The notes under the pieces were generated by a model. The model was not told where the DNA came from, did no database searches, and worked only from the letters and a program-made list of their open reading frames with translations. The position numbers were made by a program, and so were the translations under genes. Shown here in pieces: positions 29,882-43,606 of a stretch of 64,000 bases of DNA. The first letter of the stretch is position 1. The number at the start of each line of letters is the position of its first letter. This DNA comes from Octopus vulgaris (Eukaryota), in NCBI GenBank assembly GCA_951406725.2, contig OX597814.1:30690001-30754000 (forward strand), written 5' to 3'.

Positions 29882-32800
29882 AGTGTTTTAGTTTCGTCAT
29901 ATCTACATTCTGAGCTCAAATCTTATCAGGATCAACTTTAATTTTCATCGCTCCGCTTTTAATAAATATGTTTCGGTCAAGTGTACGGATCAATTAAATT
30001 TGGCTTTATACAGTTTTGTAACAACGTAAGAAAGCAATACTTGTTGTACAATATTAGGATTTGTTGAACGACAATATCCAAGTCATTAAGTTTAATTCCT
30101 AGTGTTTTAGTTTCGTCATTTCTACATTCTAAGCTCAAATCTTATCAGGATCAACTTTAATTTTCATCGCTCCGCTTTTAATAAATATGTTTCGGTCAAG
30201 TGTACGGATCAATTAAATTTGGCTTTATACAGTTTTGTAACAACGTAAGAAAGCAATACTTGTACAATATTAGGATTTGTTGAACGACAATATCCAAGTC
30301 ATTAAGTTTAATTCCTAGTGTTTTAGTTTCGTCATTTCTACATTCTGAGCTCAAATCTTATCAGGATCAACTTTAATTTTCATCGCTCCGCTTTTAATAA
30401 ATATGTTTCGGTCAAGTGTACGGATCAATTAAATTTGGCTTTATACAGTTTTGTAACAACGTAAGAAAGCAATACTTGTTGTACAATATTAGGATTTGTT
30501 GAACGACAATATCCAAGTCATTAAGTTTAATTCCTAGTGTTTTAGTTTCGTCATTTCTACATTCTAAGCTCAAATCTTATCAGGATCAACTTTAATTTTC
30601 ATCGCTCCGCTTTTAATAAATATGTTTCGGTCAAGTGTACGGATCAATTAAATTTGGCTTTATACAGTTTTGTAACAACGTAAGAAAGCAACACTTGTAC
30701 AATATTAGGATTTGTTGAACGACAATATCCAAGTCATTAAGTTTAATTCCTAGTGTTTTAGTTTCGTCATTTCTACATTCTGAGCTCAAATCTTATCAGG
30801 ATCAACTTTAATTTTCATCGCTCCGCTTTTAATAAATATGTTTCGGTCAAGTGTACGGATCAATTAAATTTGGCTTTATACAGTTTTGTAACAACGTAAG
30901 AAAGCAATACTTGTTGTACAATATTAGGATTTGTTGAACGACAATATCCAAGTCATTAAGTTTAATTCCTAGTGTTTTAGTTTCGTCATTTCTACATTCT
31001 AAGCTCAAATCTTATCAGGATCAACTTTAATTTTCATCGCTCCGCTTTTAATAAATATGTTTCGGTCAAGTGTACGGATCAATTAAATTTGGCTTTATAC
31101 AGTTTTGTAACAACGTAAGAAAGCAATACTTGTACAATATTAGGATTTGTTGAACGACAATATCCAAGTCATTAAGTTTAATTCCTAGTGTTTTAGTTTC
31201 GTCATTTCTACATTCTGAGCTCAAATCTTATCAGGATCAACTTTAATTTTCATCGCTCCGCTTTTAATAAATATGTTTCGGTCAAGTGTACGGATCAATT
31301 AAATTTGGCTTTATACAGTTTTGTAACAACGTAAGAAAGCAATACTTGTACAATATTAGGATTTGTTGAACGACAATATCCAAGTCATTAAGTTTAATTC
31401 CTAGTGTTTTAGTTTCGTCATTTCTACATTCTGAGCTCAAATCTTATCAGGATCAACTTTAATTTTCATCGCTCCGCTTTTAATAAATATGTTTCGGTCA
31501 AGTGTACGGATCAATTAAATTTGGCTTTATACAGTTTTGTAACAACGTAAGAAAGCAATACTTGTTGTACAATATTAGGATTTGTTGAACGACAATATCC
31601 AAGTCATTAAGTTTAATTCCTAGTGTTTTAGTTTCGTCATTTCTACATTCTAAGCTCAAATCTTATCAGGATCAACTTTAATTTTCATCGCTCCGCTTTT
31701 AATAAATATGTTTCGGTCAAGTGTACGGATCAATTAAATTTGGCTTTATACAGTTTTGTAACAACGTAAGAAAGCAATACTTGTACAATATTAGGATTTG
31801 TTGAACGACAATATCCAAGTCATTAAGTTTAATTCCTAGTGTTTTAGTTTCGTCATTTCTACATTCTGAGCTCAAATCTTATCAGGATCAACTTTAATTT
31901 TCATCGCTCCGCTTTTAATAAATATGTTTCGGTCAAGTGTACGGATCAATTAAATTTGGCTTTATACAGTTTTGTAACAACGTAAGAAAGCAATACTTGT
32001 TGTACAATATTAGGATTTGTTGAACGACAATATCCAAGTCATTAAGTTTAATTCCTAGTGTTTTAGTTTCGTCATTTCTACATTCTAAGCTCAAATCTTA
32101 TCAGGATCAACTTTAATTTTCATCGCTCCGCTTTTAATAAATATGTTTCGGTCAAGTGTACGGATCAATTAAATTTGGCTTTATACAGTTTTGTAACAAC
32201 GTAAGAAAGCAACACTTGTACAATATTAGGATTTGTTGAACGACAATATCCAAGTCATTAAGTTTAATTCCTAGTGTTTTAGTTTCGTCATTTCTACATT
32301 CTGAGCTCAAATCTTATCAGGATCAACTTTAATTTTCATCGCTCCGCTTTTAATAAATATGTTTCGGTCAAGTGTACGGATCAATTAAATTTGGCTTTAT
32401 ACAGTTTTGTAACAACGTAAGAAAGCAATACTTGTACAATATTAGGATTTGTTGAACGACAATATCCAAGTCATTAAGTTTAATTCCTAGTGTTTTAGTT
32501 TCGTCATTTCTACATTCTAAGCTCAAATCTTATCAGGATCAACTTTAATTTTCATCGCTCCGCTTTTAATAAATATGTTTCGGTCAAGTGTACGGATCAA
32601 TTAAATTTGGCTTTATACAGTTTTGTAACAACGTAAGAAAGCAATACTTGTACAATATTAGGATTTGTTGAACGACAATATCCAAGTCATTAAGTTTAAT
32701 TCCTAGTGTTTTAGTTTCGTCATTTCTACATTCTGAGCTCAAATCTTATCAGGATCAACTTTAATTTTCATCGCTCCGCTTTTAATAAATATGTTTCGGT

Positions 32801-33140
32801 CAAGTGTACGGATCAATTAAATTTGGCTTTATACAGTTTTGTAACAACGTAAGAAAGCAATACTTGTACAATATTAGGATTTGTTGAACGACAATATCCA
32901 AGTCATTAAGTTTAATTCCTAGTGTTTTAGTTTCGTCATTTCTACATTCTGAGCTCAAATCTTATCAGGATCAACTTTAATTTTCATCGCTCCGCTTTTA
33001 ATAAATATGTTTCGGTCAAGTGTACGGATCAATTAAATTTGGCTTTATACAGTTTTGTAACAACGTAAGAAAGCAATACTTGTTGTACAATATTAGAATT
33101 TGTTGAATGATAATATCCAAGTCATTAAGTTTAATTCCTA
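29882..33140. repeat. Tandem satellite, 15 units of 216/219 bp
   Basis: Unit starts at 29882, 30101, 30317, 30536, 30752, 30971, 31187, 31403, 31622, 31838, 32057, 32273, 32489, 32705 and 32921; units nearly identical. Confidence 0.97.
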
Positions 33141-34115
33141 CAGGGTTTGACAAAATGTGATAAACATGTTGTAGTCATGTCAATGTTTTCCAATTTTCTT
33201 TATACTGACCTCCTTTGTTTTTTCTTTACTTCAACAAATTATCTCCTTTCTTCTTCATTTTGTGAAAACCAAGACTTACATTGCAATATGTGTGTTACAC
33301 TAAACTGCTTTCTAGTTGCTTATACTAGTCTCACAGTAAATCAACGCAAGCCAACAGTGGCAAAACACTGTTGAGTTATATAATGCTTCCTCTGATCATA
33401 GAATTAAGCTGTGTTAGTTGGGTACTTCTATTTACAACATAATTTATTGTTGCGCAGCTCAAGTTAAGCTCTAAGTATATTAGGCTGCTATTTCTGGTTG
33501 GTAGATAAGCACTATAGAGGCTTCCTCGGAGTAAGCTGGCCTTCATGATATACTAAAAGTGGAGGCTCACTTCTAAAGAGAATACTGGTACTTATTAACT
33601 CCCAGCCAAGAGTTCTTGCACCAATTAATAACGAAACCTATACGTAAACATAATACATTCGAAATTTTATTCACCAAGAACACAAACCTGGTACACAATA
33701 TCAAAGCAAAATCATCATCAAGCTCTCAATATACAAAAATAAAAAAAAAATAATCGAACTCTGAAAGCTCAAATCAATCATATATCCTTTTAATTTTAGA
33801 ATGCTTCGTTAAATTCAACGTACTAAACACAAAAAATAGAAATATATAGGACACCCACTGGATGAGTAGACACTCATATGATTATAAAAATGTTTCTATC
33901 CGTGATTACCTGATTAGCAGGTGAATTTTAACCATAGCCATGAAAAATTAAGTTCACTATAGCTTTCGTACTTTATATCTTATATTGCATTTTTGTTTTT
34001 CGTTTGGTAGTATCCAGAAATATATATCTACTATTTGCTTTATGCTAGCAGTTAAGTATTTTATAGTTCACGCTATAGAATCACTTGCAAGTAACCTATC
34101 TTAAATTATATTCAA

Positions 34116-34512
34116 CTAGCAGTATCGCCCGGCGGTGCTCGGGTTTGTAAGGGAAATAACTATATAAGCATTTTTAGAGAGTTATAGCCAAAAAATAGCA
34201 AAAAAATGCATTCAAAATGGAAAAAAAATGACGGTAAATTTTTTTAAAAATCGTTGACTCATCGTAGACATTTTTAGAGAGTTACTTCCCTTATATAATA
34301 GCGAAAAAATGCATTAAAATGGAAAAAATGATGGTAAATTATTTTAAAAATTGTAGACTCATCGTAGACGCGCGCTAATACCCAGAAGGGCTCGATATGA
34401 ATCATGACTATAAGATACTCGCTTTTGGTTACACTGCACCGCAAAATGTGGGAGTAGTTAGGAATCTAAATCGTAGGAGACAGACACACAACTTGACTTT
34501 TATATATAAAGA
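34116..34512 (-). mobile_element. Non-autonomous Helitron, copy 1
   Basis: On the minus strand it begins TC, ends CTAG after a GC-rich hairpin, and sits between A and T. Inverted copy at 56766. Confidence 0.85.
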
Positions 34513-34761
34513 TATATGTCTTTTTTTACGTTACCATTGTGGCTACTTTAAATTCAACTCGAATAAATAACTTAATATAGCTACGTTCAACAGTATACAG
34601 ACATATATAGGCTTAAACAGAGATATATATAATATTTGATTTAGTAATTAAATTACATTAAACGTTGGAAATCAACGTATATAAAATGTAACCACATGTG
34701 AATCATTGACGATTTTTTTTCCCTCTGTCTTCCTTTTTTCTTGGACTTTCCTCCGTCTCCT

Positions 34762-34796
34762 GTTCCTGACGAAGAGCTTTGCTCGAAATGTAAAAC
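34762..34796 (+). ncRNA. Very minimal hammerhead-like motif
   Basis: GTTC-CTGACGA-A-GAGC-TTT-GCTC-GAAA-TGTA-AAAC. Perfect stem II; one mismatch in stem I; probable C-to-T in stem III. Confidence 0.6.
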
Positions 34797-35238
34797 CACC
34801 TTTCTTTCCTTCCCTGAGCGTCTTCTAATACTTTTCATGTACCACGTACTCGCGTTGTTGTTTTTCTCTTGTGTTTGTTCTTGCTTCGTTTTTTTTTTGG
34901 GGGGGGGGGGCGTCGGTTTGGCAAAGTGAGATAATAAAGCCAAGTCTGTGAGGAATTTTCAGGACATTTATTAGGAAAAAGATATAGATATAGTCTTGCA
35001 CCTGTTTCTGGGTTATTATGGATATCCCTTCATTAGAGGCGATGTGAGATGGTTAAATAGAGGTGAATGTTTGAGTTCGAAATAAGAAATTATTATGGAA
35101 AAGGAGGAGATAGGGAATATAGAGAGAAATAAGTGAATGAAAGTAGAAATAAAATATAAAATATATAAAGATATAGTAGTTGCAGTTCCATCATTCGAGG
35201 AAAGTGATGTATAGAAGTGGTAAAAAGTTTCATATATA

Positions 35239-35615
35239 CACTACCGTCAGAAATTAATTAGCACCCTTGATTTGCTCTTCACTCAAGGTATGTGCTGTCA
35301 CCTAGTGGCCATATCTCGAACTATTGCTTTGTTGCGAGTTTACTGTTGCGCAGAACGATGACGTAACTTTGTTTGCAGAGCAGTTTGAGAGTCTACAGCC
35401 TTATGATGTTGACATAGCAGTGCAACAACTTGGAGTGCGGATGCAGACAAATCTTCCTTTGTTTAATAGATATAGGTAGCGCCTCGCAAGGACCGAAATC
35501 ACACCATACTAAGTTTTCTCATCGCGTAAGACGTTTTGAACAGCTCATAGGTCAATTGATTTAACCTATTTAATGTAGAAATTTGAGAAGTGCTAATTAA
35601 TTTCTGACGCAAGTG
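35239..35615 (-). mobile_element. Tc1/mariner-type MITE, copy 2 (inverted)
   Basis: Reverse complement of 20410-20786 with very few differences; TA flanks. Confidence 0.9.
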
Positions 35616-36021
35616 TATGGTAAGTTCCAATAGTAGTTCATGTTTAGTCATTTCAAAGTATGGAGCCGTAGATTCTATGTTGCTCATTCGAATATATATT
35701 GGACTTATACAAAATGTTAATTTTTAAGCTTATCTCTATTGATTTTCTATAGAATTCAGAGCCAATATCGAGAGTTACGACTTTTCGTATGAGAATACGT
35801 TCAACTCGTCAACTGTCCACAAACGCATTGCTTAAATGCCTGCTAAATTTAATGTCTTCCAAGAGACTTTAAATTGTGCCTTTTACTTGACTGGTCTTTT
35901 AATTTTCTTTGTATTACACATCTTGCACAATATAACCTATATATATGCAAACAACATACGAACATGCACACTTATATACACAGGATATGAAAAATCTTCT
36001 TACTGAATAATATAGACGTAG

Positions 36022-36160
36022 GAAGGCGTTTTGTCCCGGTTTCTGTGGCGTATATACTCCACACTGGATGGAACTCTGGTTAGTCGACTTGACTGGAGCA
36101 ATGTGAAATGAAGTGTTTTGCTCAAGAACACAACATATTGCTCGGTCCAGGAATCGAAAC
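36022..36160 (-). mobile_element. SINE family D fragment
   Basis: GACTGGAGCAATGTGAAATGAAGTGTTTTGCTCAAGAACACAAC...GGTCCAGGAATCGAAAC. Confidence 0.7.
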
Positions 36161-37730
36161 GTATACACATACACATACAAATTCAGAAAACACGTAAATT
36201 CACACACATAGTAGCTACAAACAAAACAAAAATACAAGCACATTAACTCATTACATATACAAAATATTTTTCAGCCTAATTTTACCGAGCTTAATTCAAT
36301 AGTAATAATACTTTATCAGTCCTATATCTGGCTTGACCGATCGTTGACCTTTATTCACCTATAATGTTATCTATTTTTCTCTTTCTTTTGACTCTTCAAC
36401 TAGTCGCCATCACTTACCTATCCTTGAACTTGTTTACCTCGTCTTTGAAGTAATTTATCGAATTCCTGCTCCCTACTAAAACAAAAGTATTTTTATTTGC
36501 AATTTTAACAACCATTTCAAAATTCACTTCTTTTGATAGTTTTCCATCTTTCGTTTCTAGTAAAATCAGTTGAAAGAAAATTTTTCTTCATTGGTTGAAT
36601 AAATGTTTAGGTAAACTTGTGCCTTGTCGAAGTAATAAATTGTGTTATATTAGTGAATAAATTCTCTATTAAATGATTTTTCAAGTCATTCTATAATCTG
36701 GCATGTTCCTGCTAGACTATACGTCCCCGAAGAGGACAAATTATCTCTGGATTTTAAAATGACACAATCAATCATCACTGTGTTTTCATCAACTTTTTAA
36801 TAAATTTCAATTTCGAAGTTTTCTCTCATACTTATCTTGATAAGAACTATCCTTAATGCTAATTACTGTTCTATTTATTGGTTCTATTTAATGGTGTAAT
36901 TCCAGTTGATTAAAAATTAATTTGGCCTCATTATAATTACTACATTATTTCTCTTTTACGTGTGTATTCTTTATGCAAAGGGAACTAACTGGAAAGACCG
37001 GAGAGTGAGAAGTAGGCTCCTGTGCACTTGAGCTTACGATAAAATTTCGATTTACGCTTGCAAAAGCCATATATCTAATTTAAGTTGCTCTAAAGGAATT
37101 GTTCACAAAATGTTTAATTTTGGCGAAATGTTTTCTAAATAAAACATACATTAGCATACTTTATGAATACAGCAACAAAATAAAATCTATTTAAAAATAT
37201 TTACGCACATTAGCCTAATTTAAACTATAGAAAAAAATCTATCAAATATATATCTTTATTCAATAAAGGAACAATAGTTATCATCATTGTAAATTTAGAA
37301 TTTCAAGATTAAATTTTTAACATTTATCGATATACTATTATCATTTTCGCAGCGTCGAGTTAAGCTGCATGTTCCAACACGACAATGTGCTGCGACGTAT
37401 TGTTTGGGGATCACTGCTTTAGGGAAAGATGTGAACTTCACACGATCTTACCAATTCTTCAACTGGTGTAACCATGATGTTCTAGTGACCTGATGAGCTA
37501 GCGTTCTTTATCTTCACTGATTCGTAAATAAGCAATTGTATAATGAGTAGCATGCATACTAGTGAAAACATATAAAATAATTTATAATATATTTATTCAT
37601 ATTTATTATAAAGGTGCGGATGTGTCTGTGTGGTAAAAAGTTTGTTTCCCAACCCTACGGTTCCGAGTTCAGTCCCACTGTGAGCCGACGAAAGCGTTGG
37701 GAATGGATTTGGTAGATGGAAATCGAAATA

Positions 37731-37791
<61 letters not shown>

Positions 37792-37832
37792 TAAATAAAT
37801 GGAGTTTAACGCAGGTGTAATCAAATATTTTT

Positions 37833-37918
37833 ACTTTCGACACATGTTTCGAAAATTCCACTGATGCTATTCAAAAGAATAAATGGTATAAACAATGCAA
37901 TCTTCTCTTCAGGAAAGT
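37833..37918 (-). ncRNA. Intact-looking type I hammerhead ribozyme with GUC cleavage site
   Basis: Minus strand ACTTTC-CTGAAGA-GAAGATTGCATTG...CAGTGGAATTTTC-GAAA-CATGTG-TC-GAAAGT. 6-bp stem I, 12 of 13 stem II positions paired (two G-U), short stem III. Confidence 0.85.
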
Positions 37919-38258
37919 GAAAAAAGCGAAACTTGTCAATGAGACATTTTAGCAAAAAATGATGGATTTGCATAGCGATAGACAGAACGCTATTAATATT
38001 GTTTAAAAAAACGTTATATGATATAACGTCATAAGTAGCTAAAAGAAAGAGTAGGGATACCAATAATGAATGTTAAATATAAAGGAAATTTAAGTTTAAA
38101 TTATATATAATGATAGAGACTACTTATATGCACTAAATGTATGTTTTTGCTAATGCTTACATCTGTATGCTCGCTCTATAACCGTGTTTACTAGAGTATT
38201 TTTAGAAAAAATAATGAAAAATAGCTCATTAATTGTTAACAAGGTAAAAATACACTCA

Positions 38259-38326
<68 letters not shown>

Positions 38327-38339
38327 TATGCATATATAT

Positions 38340-38724
38340 TCTTTTACTTGTTTCAATCATTTGACTGCGGTGATGTTGGAATACAGCCTTTTTATTCGAA
38401 CAAATAGATCCCAGGAATTATTCTTCCTAAGCCTATACTTATTCTATCGGTTGCTTTTGACAAACCGCTAAGTCACGGGGATATAAACAGACTCATATCG
38501 TTTGTCAAGCGATGGTGGGGGGCACAGACACACAAATATATATATATATACACATACATACAACGAGCTTCTTTCAGTTTCCGCCTACCAAATCCAGTCA
38601 GAGGGCTTTGGCCGGCCCGAGGCTATAGCAGAAGACACTTGCCCAAGGTGCCAAGTAGTGGGACTGAACCCGGAACCATGTGGTTGTAAAGCAAGCTTCT
38701 TACCACACAGCTACGCCTGCGCCT
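38340..38724 (-). mobile_element. SINE family B
   Basis: Matches other family B copies end to end. Confidence 0.85.
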
Positions 38725-38752
38725 ATATTTTGAACCTGGAAAATTTCCCCAA

Positions 38753-38798
38753 GACACCTGAAGAAGGCTCGAGGGTATATCAGCCGAAACGTTGTGTT
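38753..38798 (+). ncRNA. Minimal type I hammerhead ribozyme motif
   Basis: GACAC-CTGAAGA-A-GGCT...AGCC-GAAA-CG-TT-GTGTT; palindromic AACGTT stem III; GUU triplet. Confidence 0.75.
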
Positions 38799-38954
38799 AA
38801 CAACAAATAAGATGAGGACAAATATTCCTCGAATGTAAATAATGTACATAATTCCTTATCTCTTAAATATAGAACTAGTGAAAGTTGTTTCCCGTAAAAT
38901 TGCTGTTGACTATCTCCGGCTTAGTTTCGGACTCAGAAATCTTAAGAAATATTC

Positions 38955-39303
38955 TTCTTTCGCCATCTAACTCCCCAGACTGCAACCCCCTTAATTACTA
39001 TGTGTGGTGCGCAGCTGAGCGAGAGACCAACAAAACTCCTTATAACACCAAAGATGAACTGAAAGCAAGGATTATGGTAGCTTTCACCAACTTATATAAG
39101 GAGACCGCCCGGAAGAGTTTCAGGAGATTCCGAAGTCGTCTGGAGGCTGTGGTTGAAGTCAATGACGATTTTATTGAACAAATTTACTCTTTATTATTTC
39201 AAGGTATTTTTATGTAATTTATGTAAATATATCTATTAAAATGAGATGTCACTGTTATTTTCATTTTTGCGTAATTTAGACAATTTATTCACCTTACCCT
39301 CAT
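38955..39303 (+). pseudogene. Tc1/mariner (maT/DD37D-like) transposase C-terminal fragment and element end
   Basis: SPSNSPDCNPLNYYVWCAAERETNK...FRSRLEAVVEVNDDFIE matches the WPPxSPDxNPxD/E motif and the typical C-terminus. Confidence 0.85.
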
Positions 39304-40226
39304 AAGGACACAGATATGTGTCGTATAGTCAGCTGGGGACGATGTTTTCTGGGTTAAAACAACCGTAACATCCATCCCAACCTGGAATGCCACGTTATGT
39401 TAGTATGTCTCCGTTGAGAGATTTAGAAACAACAAAGTTTCTATTTAGTAGGTCAGAGTTTATGTATCACTTCGAAAACTATATATTTTCAAATGGGAGT
39501 TTGCCGGTGCCATCTCAGCCAAGCAGTTATTCTGTGTCGAGGAAGCGAAATAACCCAGAAACCGCGGTCCACAGATATTGGTTTGTACTGAATGGGGATG
39601 CTAGGATCTCCTGTTCGAAAATATAGGGACACAGATGTATGTCGTACAACCAGTTGGAGACGATGTTTCCTGGGGCTAAAACAACAGTAACATCCATCCC
39701 AACCGGGACTTCCACATTATGCTGGCAAATAATCTTTACTTTGAAGTATTGTTACTGTTTGTCTCGCGTTAAGTGATTTAGAAGCAATAAAGTTTATATA
39801 TATATCATTTTACCTTAAACTTAGTTCTTAGTCTACGGCCATACGGGAACACCGCTTTCAGTATTTTTAGTCGGATGAGTAGACCCTAGTACTTATTTCT
39901 TATTATATATAGTTAGTTTAATTTCTGACTGTATCTATCATCTAAAAGCTTATTACTTCTTTTGCCTTTCTTTACGCTGTTTTCAAATAAATCTAATTTA
40001 CATCATTTTATCGCAGTATCATATACTTTTCAAATGACTTCTTAATTGTGGTTACTTTCCTTAATGCAATTACTAACGTTGCTAATGTTTTTCGTTATTA
40101 TCTTTTTTCAAAATTTGATAATAATTACTAGATACAATAACAATGAGAAAAGAAAGGTTCCTCATCAAAGAAAATACAAAGCTATTCCTCCACTTTTTAT
40201 GTATTTCATTTTGTGTTTCAAAATTA

Positions 40227-40406
40227 GGCGTAGGAGTGGCTGTGTGGTAAGTAGCCTGCTTACCAGTCACATGGTTCCGGGTTCAGTCCCACTGCGTGGT
40301 ACCTTGAGCACGTGTCTTCTACTATAGCCTCGGGCCGACCAATGCCTTGTGAGTGGATTGGTAGACGGAAACTGAAAGAAGCCTGTCATATATATATATA
40401 TATATG

Positions 40407-40444
<38 letters not shown>

Positions 40445-40660
40445 GTATGTGTGTGTATACGTTTGTGTGTCTGTGTTTGTCTCTCCAACATCGCTTGACA
40501 ACCGATGCTGGTGTGTTTACATCCCCGTAACTTAGCGGTTTGGCAAAAGGGACAAATAGAATAAGTACTAGGCTTACAAATAATAAGTCCTGGGGTCGAT
40601 TTGCTCGACTAAAGGCGGTGCTCCAGCATGGCCACAGTCAAATAATTGAAACAAGTAAAA
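40227..40660 (+). mobile_element. SINE family B, full length
   Basis: GGCGTAGGAGTGGCTGTGTGGTAAG head, GGGTTCAGTCCC B-box, 3' end GAAACAAGTAAAA. Confidence 0.9.
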
Positions 40661-41364
40661 AAAATATTTATTTAAAAATTTTAAATACATTTACTCTCAG
40701 ATATTATGTATAGTAGCTTCTAGAATTATCTTTTAGAAAATTTGACGAAATTAATGCCATTTATATGTATAGTGGTCACTACACTAAAACTAACTTTCAA
40801 CATACAGAATAGTAAAACATAAAAATACCAATGGTTACACTGATTCAAGTTCTGTACACAAATAATGGAATTGCAAATAGCAGATGCATTACAAAAGATA
40901 ATATAAATGTAATATTTTTATAGTGACAGCAAATGTCCAAAGATATAAAATGCTCCTGATAAAATTGCAATTGCGAAGCACATGAATTTTCAACAAGAAA
41001 CAAATTATTCTGTAAAGAAATCCACAGAATAAGACAAATGTAAATCAACAATGGCTACGCTAACGAACTAATGTTCGAAGCTGTAGAACATTACGAGGCT
41101 ACATGCGAAGTACCAACTTCATCCAGTACGAGACGTATTAAAAATACAAAAACCACACAAAATGTGCATTATATGAATGCATACTAGTAGTTTGAAAATG
41201 AACACATTATTAAAAACCTCATGAAACAGAACACAAAATGCATTACACCAAACCATAAAATTACAAATATTCTCATTGATAACAAATCACAAACTACTAA
41301 AACTATGATTTATGAATTCGATAGCAAACGTGAAAGTTGTAAACTTCATGACTCTTATTATCAT

Positions 41365-41955
41365 ATTGGTTTCACATTTTGGTACAAGGCCAGCAATTTT
41401 TAGGGAGGGTTAAGTCGATTACATCGACAGCTGTGTTCATCTGGTACTTATTTTTCATCCCCGAAAGGATGAAAGGCAGTGTTGACCTCGGCGGAATTTA
41501 AACTCAGAACGTAAAGGTGGACGAAATTCCGCTAAGCATTTTTCTCGCTGTGCTAACGATTCTGCCAGATCGCTGCTTTAACTCTTATTGTTACATTGCT
41601 CATAGAAATACGATGCACTTAGGACGAGGAGCAATTGCAATGCATTATACCTATTTCTTTATTACCTACAAGGGGCTAAACACAGAGGGGACAAACAAGG
41701 ATAGACATAGGTATTAAGTCGATTACATCGACCCCAGTGCGTAACTGGTACTTAATTTATCGACCCCGAAAGGATGAAAGGCAAAGTCGACCTCGGCGGA
41801 ATTCGAACTCACAACGTAACGCGGACGAAATTCTGCTAAGCATTTTTCCCGCTGTGCTTACGATTCTACCAGCTCGCCGCTTCAACTCTTATTATTACAT
41901 TGCTCATAGAAATACGATGCACTTAGGACGAGGAGCAATTGCAATGCATTATACC
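41365..41955 (-). mobile_element. Two SINE family A copies with a duplicated ~70-bp flank
   Basis: Copies at about 41390-41580 and 41652-41884; flank repeated at 41581-41650 and 41886-41955. Confidence 0.8.
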
Positions 41956-42738
41956 ACATGACTTAAAACAAAACTAGATAGAAAAGCATTAGCACACAAT
42001 ACATTCATACTCCATAGATTTCTGGAGAAAATACACAATGACAAAAGCAACACTCATATTACAATAGAAATGCAAATTAAATGGGACGATATACGCTCAT
42101 AAAATAAACACCTGATTGCGAGGTACTAATCTAACAATGAAATTCCAGATTCTGTAGGTGACGTTTACATCAGTCACACTGGTTCCGCAACACAAGACAA
42201 GATGAAATCATGAATATCTAGAAACAAATTTAATGGATTGAGGAACTTTACTGCTCTACAAACTTGGCATGGCGAAATTAATCAATATTTATGAAATTAT
42301 GGAAGGATGTCCTATTCGAGGATTTGTATAGTTTTAAATGTCAGAGTTTAGCACCCAAATAAAGACGATTGCATATTGCACATTTCTTCCTTCATGAAAA
42401 TATCCCCTCAAAGCTTCTAGTCTTACCTTGAAATCTATCTTGAGCATGGAATAAACCATTTTTGTGTAAGTCCTTTGGATTGCTTTCACTGAAGTTGTGA
42501 GTTTAGTTGTGTGAGGCGACCTCTGTTGGCTGCAGTAATCTACGCAACCATGGCAAGTAACTATTACGTAATTGTTTCTACTCCTGCATAAATAAGGTTT
42601 TTAACACCTTCATTTAAGGGTATGTACTACAGAAAACCTCTGTTTCCACAACGGGTGGTAAATATTTTTCACGTAATTATTGAGTACATCACTCACCTTA
42701 TGAGGGTCTACATCCATCTTTATATTTCAAAATGTATA

Positions 42739-42954
42739 CAAAGGAGTGCTGAAACGTTCCTGGCTTTGAGTAAAAGAAAATACAGGAGGATTAGTTAATT
42801 ATGATTTTATCCAAAATATTTCCTTCTCCGATTCAGACACTTATTACAGCGGCCCATCAGCTTTTCTACACCCTGTAAAAGAATCGGATGGTTGGGCCTT
42901 CAACCAGACCCTTCACGGCATCTTTAAAGCCAGGAACTTTTCAGCACACCCGCG
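42739..42954. mobile_element. mariner-type MITE
   Basis: Imperfect TIRs GTGCTGAAACGTTCCTGGCTTT / AAAGCCAGGAACTTTTCAGCAC with TA flanks. Confidence 0.75.
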
Positions 42955-43536
42955 TATCTGGAACTACATTTTCTGACGTGTCCTACCTTTTATAAAACAG
43001 TAGGGTGTAATTTAGGGAAGATTTAGCCTGTATTTCCAGCAGGATAAACTGCTGAGTTGAGGCTTTCCCGCCGGCTCAGTTGAAGCATAATGTAGACGAA
43101 TACAGCTAAAGACAAATCAACAAAACAAATTTCGGTTACATCACGGTCGATGAAAATCGTAACAGGATAGATATAGCAATTATAATGTTACTGAACTCGT
43201 TGTCAGTTCTTTACTTAAACTATATCTATTTTTACAGAGAAATTAATCAATATTTGTGTCATGTTTACAACTATATTTGTCAACCGTCTGTCTATCAGCC
43301 AAGTTTATCTAAAAAAATAACAACACCAATAAAACTGGCGTTTTGCTAACGCACACACACAAAGCAAAAATAAAACCTACGAATTCAGCAGATAATGCGA
43401 GAATGAGTGGTGTGTGTGTGTGTGAAGGCAGACAGAAAGAGGGAGAGAGAGAGAAAGAGAGAGAGAGGGAGAGAGAGAGGGGGAGAGAGAGAGCAAGAGA
43501 AATAGATAGAGATATATAGTTAAAGGGAGACCGATA

Positions 43537-43606
<70 letters not shown>

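Noticed and set aside
29882-33140. CRISPR array or coding tandem repeat (unit lengths are divisible by 3)
   Set aside because: There are no unique spacers, the units are essentially identical, the context is eukaryotic, and the ORF track shows no ORF across the array.
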